NCBI GenBank assembly: GCA_050013255.1
Contig: JBEKFP010000001.1
Span: 928,001-992,000 of the forward strand
Length of the DNA stretch: 64,000 nucleotides
Reading direction: 5' to 3'
DNA from: Candidatus Bathyarchaeia archaeon
Lineage (GTDB): Archaea > Thermoproteota > Bathyarchaeia > 40CM-2-53-6
A program made the translations under genes and the position numbers. The notes beneath the pieces were generated by a model, which searched no databases, was not told the DNA's origin, and worked only from the letters and a program-made list of their open reading frames with translations. How positions within the stretch are numbered: position 1 is the stretch's first letter; every line of letters begins with the position of its first letter. Shown here in pieces: positions 37,448-47,410 of the stretch.

Positions 37448-39182
37448 GTTGCCCAGCTATCATTCTGCTGATTTCCAACCCGATTTGTTTCGGTTCGATG
37501 ATCGGTGCGGTGCAAACTGTTCCGACGCATACGTAGGCGGTGGGTTGTTCCGCGTTAGGAAAGCCGAGGGCAGCTATAGTTTCGGAATCCTTCTTCGGGT
37601 CTAGGACTTGAATGATTTTGCGCGGTTCATAGACTCGGTGTGCCTCCGTCAGTAGGCCTTTCGTTCCTGGTTTCTCGGATGAACCCAGAATGCGCACGGT
37701 TGTCGGTTCGTTAAGGAACGTGTCTACTGCTATGGCATATTCAGCTGCCATAAACCCGAATTGTGGGTAAATTTCGGCGAACCGCTTCAATGTTTCCTCA
37801 GCTTGCTTTCGGTAAACCTCTTTCCCCGTCAGATGGAATAGCTTCGTTAGTACGAGGGCCGCAGTGGTGTTTTCTTCAAGCGGTTTCGCAGGTTTACTTA
37901 GAAAACCAGGCGCGTTGGGGGCCACGGTGGTGTCGAAGAAACCGCCATACTCTGCATCATACAATTTTCGTCCCGCTATTTCCATCAGTTCTTCTGCTAA
38001 TTCCAAGAACTTTCGATCCCCCGTGCACTCGTAAGCAGAGCACAACGCCTTCGCAGTTTGCACTTGGTCAGCAAGTTGGTTCTCGAGGTGTGGTCGGCCG
38101 TCGTGATAGTGGTACATACCCTCGCCTGGCTTATAGTTGAGTTTCAACAACCTTTCCAAACTCTTCAGTCCGAATTCTCGGGTGGACATTTCGCCGAGCG
38201 TGAATGATCCTCCCAAGTATGCAGAGGTCATCATTGCGTTCCAGTTTGTGTAAATGTGTTTGTCGATGAACGGCGGTTTTGCTTTCGCACGCTCGGCCTT
38301 GTTTAGCTTGTAGTATTCCTCATCAGCATCTTGGCTGCCATAGAAGCATCCATTCACCTGGTCGCTTAGCCAAGAGTTCACGTAACCGATAATTCCCCTC
38401 GCGATGTCAGCGTAGAATGGTTCGCCCGTAATTTGGTACGCGTGTAGGTAGAGTTGTAACCATTTCGCGTTATCCTCGCACATCTTCTCGAAGTGTGGAA
38501 CGCTCCAGTCTCTGAGGGTTGAGTACCTGAAGAAGCCCCCCATTTCCTTGTCGTACGTGCCGCTGCGCCCAACGTTCTGAAGCGTCACGGCCGCGAATCG
38601 GAGGAATTCGCGGTTGCCGCTGTAATGGTACTTCAAGAGGGCGAGTTCGTGGGCTTCGGTGTTGGGGAATTTTGGTTGCGAGCCGAACCCGCCGTAGATA
38701 GGGTCGAAATTGTTCGCAACCTCGCCAAGAATCTCATCAACGATTAGAGGCGACAGTTGGCCGCTCGGTATGCTCTCAGGTTCAGGCATCTCCAGTTCAG
38801 GTGCTGGTTTACCTTGAGACTTTTCCCAAAATGACTTAACATCCCTCAAGACCTGCCGCATCTGTTCAGGGGGCATGTATGTTCCCCCGCCAATCACGCG
38901 GCCATCGGGGGTGAGAAAGGCGGTCGTTGGCCAACCGCCCATGTTATACCGTCGGTTAATGTCGGGCCGTTTATCAGTGTCCACCCGGATTGGAATGAAG
39001 TTGGATTCAATATACTCAGCAACTTCCGGGACGGAATACGTATCGTGGTCCAATCTGTGGCACCAATGGCACCACACAGCGCTAATATCGAGAAGAACGG
39101 GTTTGTTCTCATTCTTCGCCCGCTCAAAGGCCTCGTCCGTCCAATCGATCCAATGTATCTTTGACGATTCTTTCGGTTCCAA
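37437..39182 (-). CDS. DUF255/YyaL (SPATA20-like) thioredoxin plus alpha/alpha-barrel protein
   Basis: WCHWCH, GGWPTT, PKFP, GGFFRY and PHFEKM. Confidence 0.9.
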   Translation of the reverse strand: MEPKESSKIHWIDWTDEAFERAKNENKPVLLDISAVWCHWCHRLDHDTYSVPEVAEYIESNFIPIRVDTDKRPDINRRYNMGGWPTTAFLTPDGRVIGGGTYMPPEQMRQVLRDVKSFWEKSQGKPAPELEMPEPESIPSGQLSPLIVDEILGEVANNFDPIYGGFGSQPKFPNTEAHELALLKYHYSGNREFLRFAAVTLQNVGRSGTYDKEMGGFFRYSTLRDWSVPHFEKMCEDNAKWLQLYLHAYQITGEPFYADIARGIIGYVNSWLSDQVNGCFYGSQDADEEYYKLNKAERAKAKPPFIDKHIYTNWNAMMTSAYLGGSFTLGEMSTREFGLKSLERLLKLNYKPGEGMYHYHDGRPHLENQLADQVQTAKALCSAYECTGDRKFLELAEELMEIAGRKLYDAEYGGFFDTTVAPNAPGFLSKPAKPLEENTTAALVLTKLFHLTGKEVYRKQAEETLKRFAEIYPQFGFMAAEYAIAVDTFLNEPTTVRILGSSEKPGTKGLLTEAHRVYEPRKIIQVLDPKKDSETIAALGFPNAEQPTAYVCVGTVCTAPIIEPKQIGLEISRMIAGQPKR

Positions 39183-39296
39183 TTCTACTCAAACCCACTG
39201 ATTCTGTCCGCATTCGCCTTAAACGTGGCCCAAAATTGCAAAGAGACTAAGAGATAATTCATCCGTGAGGAAAGGGACGGTGATGGAGTTGACTTA

Positions 39297-39650
39297 CTAA
39301 GTGCGGGGTGGTGGCGGCCTGTTCGGCAGCTTCTTCCTGTATTCATCTAGAATCTTGTCGTAAAGTCCCTTGGTGTAACTCAGCGCTTCCTGGGATTTTG
39401 CGTGGCAGTGTTCGTCCGGCTTTGTGGTTGAGATACATTTTTCCTTTGCTTCCTCTGTTCGTTTCAAAGCTGTTTCGAACTCTGCGCCTCTCTCAAGCTT
39501 GAGAACCGCGAGCAGGGAGTTATATGCAGCTAAGTGAGCACGTTTGCATTCCAAGTGGCTCTTGCCCTCTCTCTCCTGGTAGCAAAGTTTGCAGCAGTCC
39601 ATTGCTGTGCTCGCTTGGATCCAAGGTTGAATGAGGAATACGGCTTCCAT
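39297..39650 (-). CDS. Cys/His-rich helical hypothetical protein
   Basis: CCKLC...HLEC..AH...C.......HCH; fills the gap. Confidence 0.55.
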   Translation of the reverse strand: MEAVFLIQPWIQASTAMDCCKLCYQEREGKSHLECKRAHLAAYNSLLAVLKLERGAEFETALKRTEEAKEKCISTTKPDEHCHAKSQEALSYTKGLYDKILDEYRKKLPNRPPPPRT

Positions 39651-39741
39651 GGGTGCGGAGGGAGGCTCGGTCCGATTTATTGATTATGCAAATCAGGTGA
39701 GGCATAAGCTATAGGTTTCCGCGAGTGATTCAACTGAATGA

Positions 39742-41127
39742 TTGGCTTTGGAGTACTACGAGAACGTTCTGGGCCTAATTGGCAAGACCCCGCTGGTTAA
39801 GATAAACAAAGTCACTAACGGCGCCCAGTGCCTTATCCTTGCGAAGCTTGAGTACCTGAATCCCGGAGGTAGCGTGAAGGATCGCATAGGGGTTGCAATG
39901 ATTGACGATGCTGAACGAAAGGGATTGTTGAAGCCTGGCGGCACAATTGTTGAGCCAACGTCCGGCAACACGGGCATGGGCCTGGCTCTTATCGCTACCA
40001 TTAGAGGGTACAAGGCTATCTTCACGATGCCCGACAAGATGAGTGAGGAAAAGAGGCGTCTCCTCCGCGCTCTCGGCGGACGAGTTGTGATTGCACCCAC
40101 GAATGTGCCTCCTGATTCGCCAGAGAGCTACTACAATGTTGCAAAGCGAATCGCACGAGAAACACCCAACGCGTACATGCCCGACCAATACATGAACCCG
40201 AACAATCCACTCGTCCACTACAATACAACGGGGCCAGAGATATGGAAGCAGACTGACGGGAAGGTGGACGCTGTTATCGTCGGAATGGGGACGGGTGGAA
40301 CTGTGACTGGCATCGGCAAGTTCCTGAAAGAAAAGAAACCAGAAATCAAGATAGTGGGCGTAGACCCGGAGGGGTCCATCTTCTTTCCGCGCTACTACAA
40401 AGTCAACGAGCCTGTTCATCCGTACAAAGTGGAAGGCATTGGTGAGGACTTCATGCCAAAAACTCTTGTTCTTGACTACGTTGATGAGGTAATACGTGTT
40501 AGCGACAAGGATTCGTTTCTAACGGCAAGGCGTTTGGCAAGGGAAGAGGGGCTTTTCGTTGGCGGTTCAGCGGGCGCAGCTATGTGCGCAACGCTTCAAG
40601 TTGCCGCCAAACTTCCGCAGGGTAAGTTGGTTGTAGTGGTTTTCCCAGACACTGGCCGGAACTATCTCAGCAAAATGTACTCAGACGAATGGATGCTCGA
40701 ATTGGGCTACATTGAGGCAGAAAAGACGGAGAAGCTCACGGTGGAATTGATTTTGAAAGCGAAACCAAGTGATGTTCCAGCGATGATTGCTGTTACGCTG
40801 AATGATGCTTTGACAAAGGCGGTTGAATTGATGCGGAAGTTCGATGTATCCCAGCTACCTGTAGTTGAAGAAGGCCATGTTTTAGGTACGGTCCATGATG
40901 ATACAATAATGAAGAAGCTCCTAACGAAAGAGGCTTCGCTAACGCAGTCAGTTCAGGAAATCATGGACCAGCCCCTTCCCACAATCGACGCTAGAGCGGA
41001 GATATCCGACCTCTACAAGCAACTTACTGGTGAACACAACGCAGTGGTTGTTGTTCGGGATGGGAAAGCGATTGGTGTGCTCACGAAGATGGACGTGATC
41101 TCCCACCTTTCCAAGAGAGAGGTCTGA
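39742..41127 (+). CDS. cbs: Cystathionine beta-synthase with C-terminal CBS pair
   Basis: NPGGSVKDRI, EPTSGNTG, GTGGT, YKVEGIG, then tandem CBS domains. Confidence 0.92.
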   Translation: MALEYYENVLGLIGKTPLVKINKVTNGAQCLILAKLEYLNPGGSVKDRIGVAMIDDAERKGLLKPGGTIVEPTSGNTGMGLALIATIRGYKAIFTMPDKMSEEKRRLLRALGGRVVIAPTNVPPDSPESYYNVAKRIARETPNAYMPDQYMNPNNPLVHYNTTGPEIWKQTDGKVDAVIVGMGTGGTVTGIGKFLKEKKPEIKIVGVDPEGSIFFPRYYKVNEPVHPYKVEGIGEDFMPKTLVLDYVDEVIRVSDKDSFLTARRLAREEGLFVGGSAGAAMCATLQVAAKLPQGKLVVVVFPDTGRNYLSKMYSDEWMLELGYIEAEKTEKLTVELILKAKPSDVPAMIAVTLNDALTKAVELMRKFDVSQLPVVEEGHVLGTVHDDTIMKKLLTKEASLTQSVQEIMDQPLPTIDARAEISDLYKQLTGEHNAVVVVRDGKAIGVLTKMDVISHLSKREV

Positions 41128-42334
41128 GGTTTCTGAAGTCTGGCCCTACTATGACAGTTGCAACGCTCATTGCAGCGATGAGGATCACGAGGCCCGCGTA
41201 GAAGAGGCTTGAGATCCCATACCGGTCAAGCAGGTATCCGCCAAGCAATGGGCCTATGATTGTTCCCAAACTGATTACAACGCTGTAAATCCCCATTGTT
41301 GTTCCACGGCCTCGCTCGGGCGCTAGGTCTCCGAGTGATGCGAGGGCTGCTGGTGCGAAGGCGAAGCTTCCAACCCCGAACACAACGAGGAATGGGGCCA
41401 CGTACATTAAGTCCAAGCGGTGCCTGAACATCGTGATAATCGTAGCGAAAAGGCCGACCAATGAAACCATTCCCAACATCATCAACCTATCCCGGCCGTA
41501 ATGGTCTGAAAGGTGGCCGAAGAATGGTTGCGAAAATGCTAGAACCAGAACTACGCCTGCGATTACGAAGCTCGTTAGGAGAGGCGAAGGGCCAAAGCGC
41601 GGGCCGAATGTCAGAGCCATTCCGATGAACGTAGTTACGGATAACCATATTGGAAACATTGCTGCAGCGCGTTTATCACTCAAAAGGAGTCGCAGAGTCC
41701 GGACCGGAGAGAGGGCGGAACGCCTCGCATGGGTCTTCGCTTCTCTCACTCTCAAATATGCGAAAACAGCCCCAACCGCCGCCAGGGCTGAAGCGAAATA
41801 GAACGGGGCTACTATCAGATGTGTTCGCAACAAAACCCCGGCTGCAAAAATACCTACCACATATCCACCGAGGTTAGCAAAGTCGTATATCCCCATCTCA
41901 CGGCCGCGGTTCGCAGTGGTACTCACGTCTGTAGCCATAGTCAAGGTACTCACGACGATCATGGCCGCGGCCAAACCTTGTACGGCGTGTACGAGGATGA
42001 GATAGTAAACCGCAGTATTCAAGGTGAAGGCAAACAATGCAAAGGTTGAGAGCGCCAAGCCAAGGTAAATCCACCTTCTTCTCCCAAACCAATCCACCAA
42101 CACACCAATTGCGGGGGCCGCAATAATCTCCGTAACTGGGTAAGCGGCTGCAATCACTCCTACCACGAAGTTAGAGAACTCTTCCCTGGGAAGGTAGATT
42201 GGGAGTGTGAAGAGAACGAGGCCGAAGCTGAATCGCATCAAGAAAACTGAAATGTAGAGTGGTGAAGAGAGAATCAATGAACCGGCAACTGAGATGCGTG
42301 TCGAATAAGACCTAGCCAACCTCTTCTCCTCCAC
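41081..42334 (-). CDS. MFS transporter
   Basis: About 12 TMs; motif A GVLVDWFGRR and GHLSDHYGR. Confidence 0.9.
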   Translation of the reverse strand: MEEKRLARSYSTRISVAGSLILSSPLYISVFLMRFSFGLVLFTLPIYLPREEFSNFVVGVIAAAYPVTEIIAAPAIGVLVDWFGRRRWIYLGLALSTFALFAFTLNTAVYYLILVHAVQGLAAAMIVVSTLTMATDVSTTANRGREMGIYDFANLGGYVVGIFAAGVLLRTHLIVAPFYFASALAAVGAVFAYLRVREAKTHARRSALSPVRTLRLLLSDKRAAAMFPIWLSVTTFIGMALTFGPRFGPSPLLTSFVIAGVVLVLAFSQPFFGHLSDHYGRDRLMMLGMVSLVGLFATIITMFRHRLDLMYVAPFLVVFGVGSFAFAPAALASLGDLAPERGRGTTMGIYSVVISLGTIIGPLLGGYLLDRYGISSLFYAGLVILIAAMSVATVIVGPDFRNLRPLSWKGGRSRPSS

Positions 42335-42430
42335 CAGTAGACATCCACAAAGATTTCGATCCTGTGGGGCGAACGTCCGTATAAGTGAAGTTGTAAGCGT
42401 TTAATTGTATGCGCATGGAAGCCACGAACC

Positions 42431-43087
42431 ATGCCGCTGAAGACTCTCCAGATAGCTATTCTTGGTGGCAGCGATGACGCAGTCCTTGTAGGGCTCAGAA
42501 ACTTCTCCGTTCATAAACTCATTCTAATCTCGTCTCCCGAATACCTCAGCCAAGCAGAAACACTTTCCGGTAAACTCAAGGATACACTGAGACTCTCAGT
42601 CGAAATTGTTCAGGTCAAAGATGCGTCGATACCGAGTATGCTTGACGCGGTTGGTCAGATCGTGCGCAAAGAGTCGCAGAACTTCGAGGATTTCATCATA
42701 AACGTTGGGTCCGCAGACAAACATTTGACTTGCGCCGGTGTCACCGCAGCATTCGTTCATGGAATCAAAGCGTTCGACGTAATGGGTGACCAGCCGGCAG
42801 TCCTCCCAGTAATGAAATTCAGTTACACCCAAGTCGTCACCGAACCTAAATTGGAAATATTGCGGGCCATTGAGCAGTCAGGCGGTGATGTCGAGAGCTT
42901 AGAGAAGCTTAGCGCAATGTCGAATTACGGGAAACCGTTGCTGAGTTATCATATCAGAGGATCAAAAGACGGCCAAGGCTTGGAGAAATTAGGCCTTGTT
43001 GAAGTTGAACGAGGAAAACGCGGGAGGCTGAGGGTGAGGCTAACGCCACTGGGGCGGACGTTATTAACGACGGCGCCTGTCAAGTAG
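42431..43087 (+). CDS. CARF-like Rossmann plus winged-HTH regulator (Csa3/DUF6293-like)
   Basis: IAILG...KLILI...FIINVGSADK..TCAGVTAAF, then a C-terminal wHTH (LSYH...LEKLGLVE...LTPLG). Confidence 0.75.
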   Translation: MPLKTLQIAILGGSDDAVLVGLRNFSVHKLILISSPEYLSQAETLSGKLKDTLRLSVEIVQVKDASIPSMLDAVGQIVRKESQNFEDFIINVGSADKHLTCAGVTAAFVHGIKAFDVMGDQPAVLPVMKFSYTQVVTEPKLEILRAIEQSGGDVESLEKLSAMSNYGKPLLSYHIRGSKDGQGLEKLGLVEVERGKRGRLRVRLTPLGRTLLTTAPVK

Positions 43088-43271
43088 CAGGTTTGGCTTC
43101 CTTCGGAGCATTGTTGCTCTTTTTCTTATGCATGATCTTCAGCCTGCAGAATACCGGGTCGCCATCTTTGATTTCGAATATCTTGCGGATTTCTTCGGGT
43201 ATAGTAATTCTGCCGCCTGCGGTCACTTCAGCATAGAACGGTATGTCCTCTTCTGCTAATTCTGCTGGCAC
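43080..43271 (-). CDS. AbrB/SpoVT DNA-binding protein
   Basis: VTAGGRITIPEEIRKIFEIKDGD. Confidence 0.85.
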   Translation of the reverse strand: MPAELAEEDIPFYAEVTAGGRITIPEEIRKIFEIKDGDPVFCRLKIMHKKKSNNAPKEAKPAT

Positions 43272-43347
43272 TAAGAAGCCACCGGCTAATTCAGAGAACG
43301 CCTTTCGCTAAAAAGCATTTTCAACGCGAAAAACCCGGTGATTCATG

Positions 43348-44007
43348 CTAAATGGTGCTGCTCGGGCACCATTCGTTGACTGGGCAAATGCTACATCGCG
43401 GCCTCGGTGCCCTGCAGATTTCGCGGCCGAATGCGATAACCGACAGATGCAACTTCACTCTGTCCTTCGGAGGAATTAACGCCTCCAACGATGTCCGGGT
43501 CTTCTCGTAATTGGCGTTGGCCGGAGCAATCCCAAGCCGCTTAGTGACGCGTGCGATATGCGTGTCAACTGGAATTACTGGGTTTTTTGCGACGAATGCG
43601 AGCAGTATGTCCGCCGTCTTCGGTCCCACCCCAGGCATCTCCATGAGCTTCCCTTTTGCTTCTGCGTAAGGAAGGTTCAGTATGGGTGCGAGGCGGCCGC
43701 CATACTGTTCCTTGATGATCCTTGAAACTTCCTTAATCCTGGGCGCCTTAGACATGTACAACCCAGCTGAGCGGATCAGAGGGATCAGTTGCCTAACCTT
43801 GACCTTCGACAGCACTTCCGGCGTGATCCGGTAGCGTTTTCGAAGCTTTCTCATTGCCGCGTCGCTATTTCGATCATTCGTGTTTTGTGAGAGTATCGTG
43901 TTAACAAGAGTTTCAAAGGGGGATCCAGCCTTCCAAACCTTAACTGGAAACCGCCGGCCGATTATCCCTATCATCTTGATTTGTGTTCTTAGAGTCGATT
44001 TCTTCAT
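43348..44007 (-). CDS. nth: Endonuclease III
   Basis: ILSQNT, HhH PGVGPKTA, VDTH and C-x6-C-x2-C-x5-C. Confidence 0.95.
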   Translation of the reverse strand: MKKSTLRTQIKMIGIIGRRFPVKVWKAGSPFETLVNTILSQNTNDRNSDAAMRKLRKRYRITPEVLSKVKVRQLIPLIRSAGLYMSKAPRIKEVSRIIKEQYGGRLAPILNLPYAEAKGKLMEMPGVGPKTADILLAFVAKNPVIPVDTHIARVTKRLGIAPANANYEKTRTSLEALIPPKDRVKLHLSVIAFGREICRAPRPRCSICPVNEWCPSSTI

Positions 44008-44107
44008 CGAGGTGGTTCCTTATTTGTAGCGAGTGCTTCCGTTCGTAAGTTTGAAGCACACTTTAAAGCAAACTGTCTTCGTAGCCACATGGAGACGCTA
44101 AGCGAAC

Positions 44108-45481
44108 ATGCGGTCTTTCTTTCTGATCGTAATACTGGCATTTGTCTTAGTGGCTGGTCTACAGCCCGCTGCTTCAGCGGCTCAGGGTAGCGTACTCGTT
44201 GTTCGAATAAGCTCCGATATTTCAAGCCCAACCGCAGAACTTGTTGCGCGTTCCGTCGAGGAGGCTCAAGCTGGTGGAGCTCGGCTCATAGTGTACGAGC
44301 TCAACACGCCGGGAGGCGATTTGGGTTCTGTGACCAATATCATGAACGATTTCAATTCGTCCCCGATTCCTGTTGTGGTTTGGGTGACTCCTTCCGGCGC
44401 AGCTGCTTGGAGTGGCGGAACTTACATCCTCATGGCCTCCCACATCGCTGTGATGGCGTCTGGGACAACAATCGGTTCAGCGCAACCCGTAACAGCGACC
44501 GGGGAGACTGTGAACGAAACCAAAATCATCAACGCGCTTACGGGTTTAATGAGGGACAATGCTCGGCTGCACGATCGAAACGAAACAGTAGCTCAAGAAT
44601 TCATAACCCAGAACATCAACCTCGGGCCTGAAGAGGCCTTAAGGGATCATGTGATTGAATTCGCAGCTGACAACCTAGATAGCCTACTGTCCCAACTTGA
44701 ACCTTACACCCTAGTTCTTTCCACAGGGGAGATGGGAACATCCGTTTGGAAGCTGGTTTTGACCTCTTCAATCAGCTCTGTCACTTACACGAAAAGTTAC
44801 GACTTCTCAGGTATCTCTCAAGCGACGCAGTACAACTATCAGCCAGGCATCAGCATCGCATTACTGCAGTTTCTTTCCAATCCTCTGATTGCGACGGTTC
44901 TGTTTCTTGTGGGCATGTATGCGATAATAATCGGTTTCAAAACGCCAGGCTTTGGGGTTGAGATAGTCGGCGTCCTCATGGTATTCCTCGCTCTAATTGG
45001 GTACGGGATCATCGGCATCAACATTGCCGCTATTCTTCTATTCATCCTTGGCATCGTTCTAACCTTGATTGAGATCAAGACCCACATCGGGATATTCGCC
45101 CTCGCTGGGATCGGGATGATCATCCTCGGCAGCTTCTTGATGTTCCCGCTACCCGGTTGGGAGTTGCTTGCCGCAAGATCTGTTGAGTCAGCTAGGGAGA
45201 CCTTGATTGCCGTTGCACTTGTGATGTCTGGTATTTTCGGTTTTGTGGTCTACAAGGTGGCGCAGGCAAGGCGTATGAAAGTGAAGATGGGCCCCGAACG
45301 ACTCATGGGCAAGACAGGCACCGCGGTTTCAGCTCTCGCACCAAGGGGAGAAGTGAGGGTGGAGGGACAAACGTGGAGGGCAGAGACAGTTGGTGAGAAC
45401 ATCAAGGAAGGGGAAGAGGTTGAGGTCTTGAGTAGAGAGGGGCTAATCTTAAGAGTCAAGCTAAAGCAAGCAGAGAAGTGA
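44108..45481 (+). CDS. nfeD: NfeD long form (ClpP-fold protease, TM region, OB domain)
   Basis: LNTPGG, AWSGG, GSAQPV, KIIN and G.VRVEGQTWRA. Confidence 0.92.
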   Translation: MRSFFLIVILAFVLVAGLQPAASAAQGSVLVVRISSDISSPTAELVARSVEEAQAGGARLIVYELNTPGGDLGSVTNIMNDFNSSPIPVVVWVTPSGAAAWSGGTYILMASHIAVMASGTTIGSAQPVTATGETVNETKIINALTGLMRDNARLHDRNETVAQEFITQNINLGPEEALRDHVIEFAADNLDSLLSQLEPYTLVLSTGEMGTSVWKLVLTSSISSVTYTKSYDFSGISQATQYNYQPGISIALLQFLSNPLIATVLFLVGMYAIIIGFKTPGFGVEIVGVLMVFLALIGYGIIGINIAAILLFILGIVLTLIEIKTHIGIFALAGIGMIILGSFLMFPLPGWELLAARSVESARETLIAVALVMSGIFGFVVYKVAQARRMKVKMGPERLMGKTGTAVSALAPRGEVRVEGQTWRAETVGENIKEGEEVEVLSREGLILRVKLKQAEK

Positions 45482-46329
45482 AGGCCGACTTAATGGCGTT
45501 AGAGGATCTACTGAACCCTGAATTCATCGTCGGAATAATTCTAGTATTATTTGTTGTAATGATAATCGCGTCGGGCATTAGAGTGATCAAGGAATGGGAA
45601 CGTGCCCCGGTTCTCCGCCTAGGCCGCTTCACAGGCCTCAAAGGCCCTGGTCTCTTCTACATCATTCCATTCGTAGATAAGATTCCGAATATTGTTTCTA
45701 TGCGCATACAAACGATTCCTTTCCGTACCGAGCAGACCCTTACGAAAGATAACGTCCCCGTGAACGTCGACGCAATTATGTTCTTTCAGGCGGTGGACGT
45801 TGAAAGGGTAATCTTGAACGTCGAGCGGTACCTTGACGCGACAACCTGGGCCGCACAGACGACGCTTAGAGAAGTCATGGGCAAAGTCAGCTTCGACGAA
45901 CTCCTCGCCGAACGTGAGAAGGTTGGAGTGGAAGCCCGAAATATTATCGACGAGAAAACGGAGCACTGGGGAATCAAGGTGACCTCTGTGGAAGTTAAAG
46001 ACATAGCGATACCCCAAGCGCTTCAAGAAGCCATGTCTCGTCAAGCCTCCGCCGAGCGCGAGCGCAGGGCGAGAGTGACGTTGGCCATGGCGGAATTCGA
46101 GGCAGCACAGAAAATGGTGGACGCAGCGAACCTATACGAGAAGAACATGCGTGCTATGGAACTGCGTTGGATGAACATTCTCTACGAGCTCGGGCTGCAG
46201 AGCAAAGGCACCCTTATACTCGTCCCAACGAACACGCCCACAGCCGGCTTTTCAATGGGGTTCCCACCGCTAGGCATAGCCAGCATCCAGGACATTACGA
46301 AAGATAAGAAAGACCAGAAGACCGACTAA
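45478..46329 (+). CDS. SPFH/stomatin (slipin) protein
   Basis: GPGLFYIIPFVD, TKDNV, AQTTLR and AERERRA; co-oriented with nfeD. Confidence 0.93.
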   Translation: MKADLMALEDLLNPEFIVGIILVLFVVMIIASGIRVIKEWERAPVLRLGRFTGLKGPGLFYIIPFVDKIPNIVSMRIQTIPFRTEQTLTKDNVPVNVDAIMFFQAVDVERVILNVERYLDATTWAAQTTLREVMGKVSFDELLAEREKVGVEARNIIDEKTEHWGIKVTSVEVKDIAIPQALQEAMSRQASAERERRARVTLAMAEFEAAQKMVDAANLYEKNMRAMELRWMNILYELGLQSKGTLILVPTNTPTAGFSMGFPPLGIASIQDITKDKKDQKTD

Positions 46330-46418
46330 ATTCGGCTATAGATTGCAGTGCTAAGTCAGCTTCTCGTCAATCGGCGGCTGACAAGTTCACCTACATATCT
46401 TCATGAGTGGTTTGAGTA

Positions 46419-47396
46419 ATGAGAATGCAGGAATATGTCTTGAATTGGCTACTCGAACCAGATCAGCCAGTCATCCGCTACGGGACGTTACTGCATTTGC
46501 TTGGTCATTCGAAAAGAAGCACGGATGTCCGAAAAGCCCACTCGAACATTCCCAAGGTGGGATGGGCGCGTGAAATCCTTGCGGGGCAGAAGCCCGGAGG
46601 ATACTGGGAATCACGGAGAGATCTCTATCGGCCAAAATACTCTGCAACGATTTGGAAGCTCATTGTTCTTGCCGACTTGGGCTTGACCGCGAAGGACGAT
46701 CGAATCCGAAAACCATGCGATTTTTTCCTGAACGAGTACGCTCGGCCAGACGGCGGTTTTGACACTCCAGGCGAGTCGCCTAGGAGTGAGCTTTGCATAA
46801 CAGGCAACTTAGCGAGGACGTTACTCGTCTGCGGGTATGGCGAAGACAGGCGCGTGCTCGCTGCTTTCGACTGGTTGGTAGAAAACCAGATGGATGACGG
46901 TGGCTGGCATTGTTTCTACGAACAGGCTCATGGGAGGGGTACTCTCGATTGCTGGGAAGGCCTGAGCGCATTCGCCGCCTTACCTAGAAGAAAGTGGACG
47001 CGGCGGATCAAGCGTTCGGTGGAGAGGGGAGTAGAATTCTACCTCGACCGGGAACTATTCAGGGAAGGCCGTCGGCGATACTTGCCCTGGTTCCGATTTC
47101 ATTATCCAGTCCACTACTACTACGATTTACTCGTAGGGCTAGATGTCATCACACGCCTGGGCTATGCTGGGGACAAGCGGCTAAGGGCGGCTCTGCGAAT
47201 ACTGGAGAAAAAGCGCCGTCCAGATGGCACTTGGGCTCTCGACGCTGTCCACCCCGATCTGGGGGTGGGGGCCGGTTATAGGTTCAGAAAACGGCCAAAA
47301 CGATTCGCGCTCGAGAAGGAGGGAAAGCCGAGTAAGTGGATTACATTAACTGCCCTGCGCGTGCTGAAAAGGGTTGAAAATGCGAATTTGAAATAG
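46419..47396 (+). CDS. Prenyltransferase/squalene-cyclase-repeat (alpha/alpha barrel) protein
   Basis: Q.PGGYW, NQMDDGGWHC, DGTW repeats and PSKWITL.AL. Confidence 0.8.
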   Translation: MRMQEYVLNWLLEPDQPVIRYGTLLHLLGHSKRSTDVRKAHSNIPKVGWAREILAGQKPGGYWESRRDLYRPKYSATIWKLIVLADLGLTAKDDRIRKPCDFFLNEYARPDGGFDTPGESPRSELCITGNLARTLLVCGYGEDRRVLAAFDWLVENQMDDGGWHCFYEQAHGRGTLDCWEGLSAFAALPRRKWTRRIKRSVERGVEFYLDRELFREGRRRYLPWFRFHYPVHYYYDLLVGLDVITRLGYAGDKRLRAALRILEKKRRPDGTWALDAVHPDLGVGAGYRFRKRPKRFALEKEGKPSKWITLTALRVLKRVENANLK

Positions 47397-47410
47397 CCGG
47401 GGCTGTGGGC

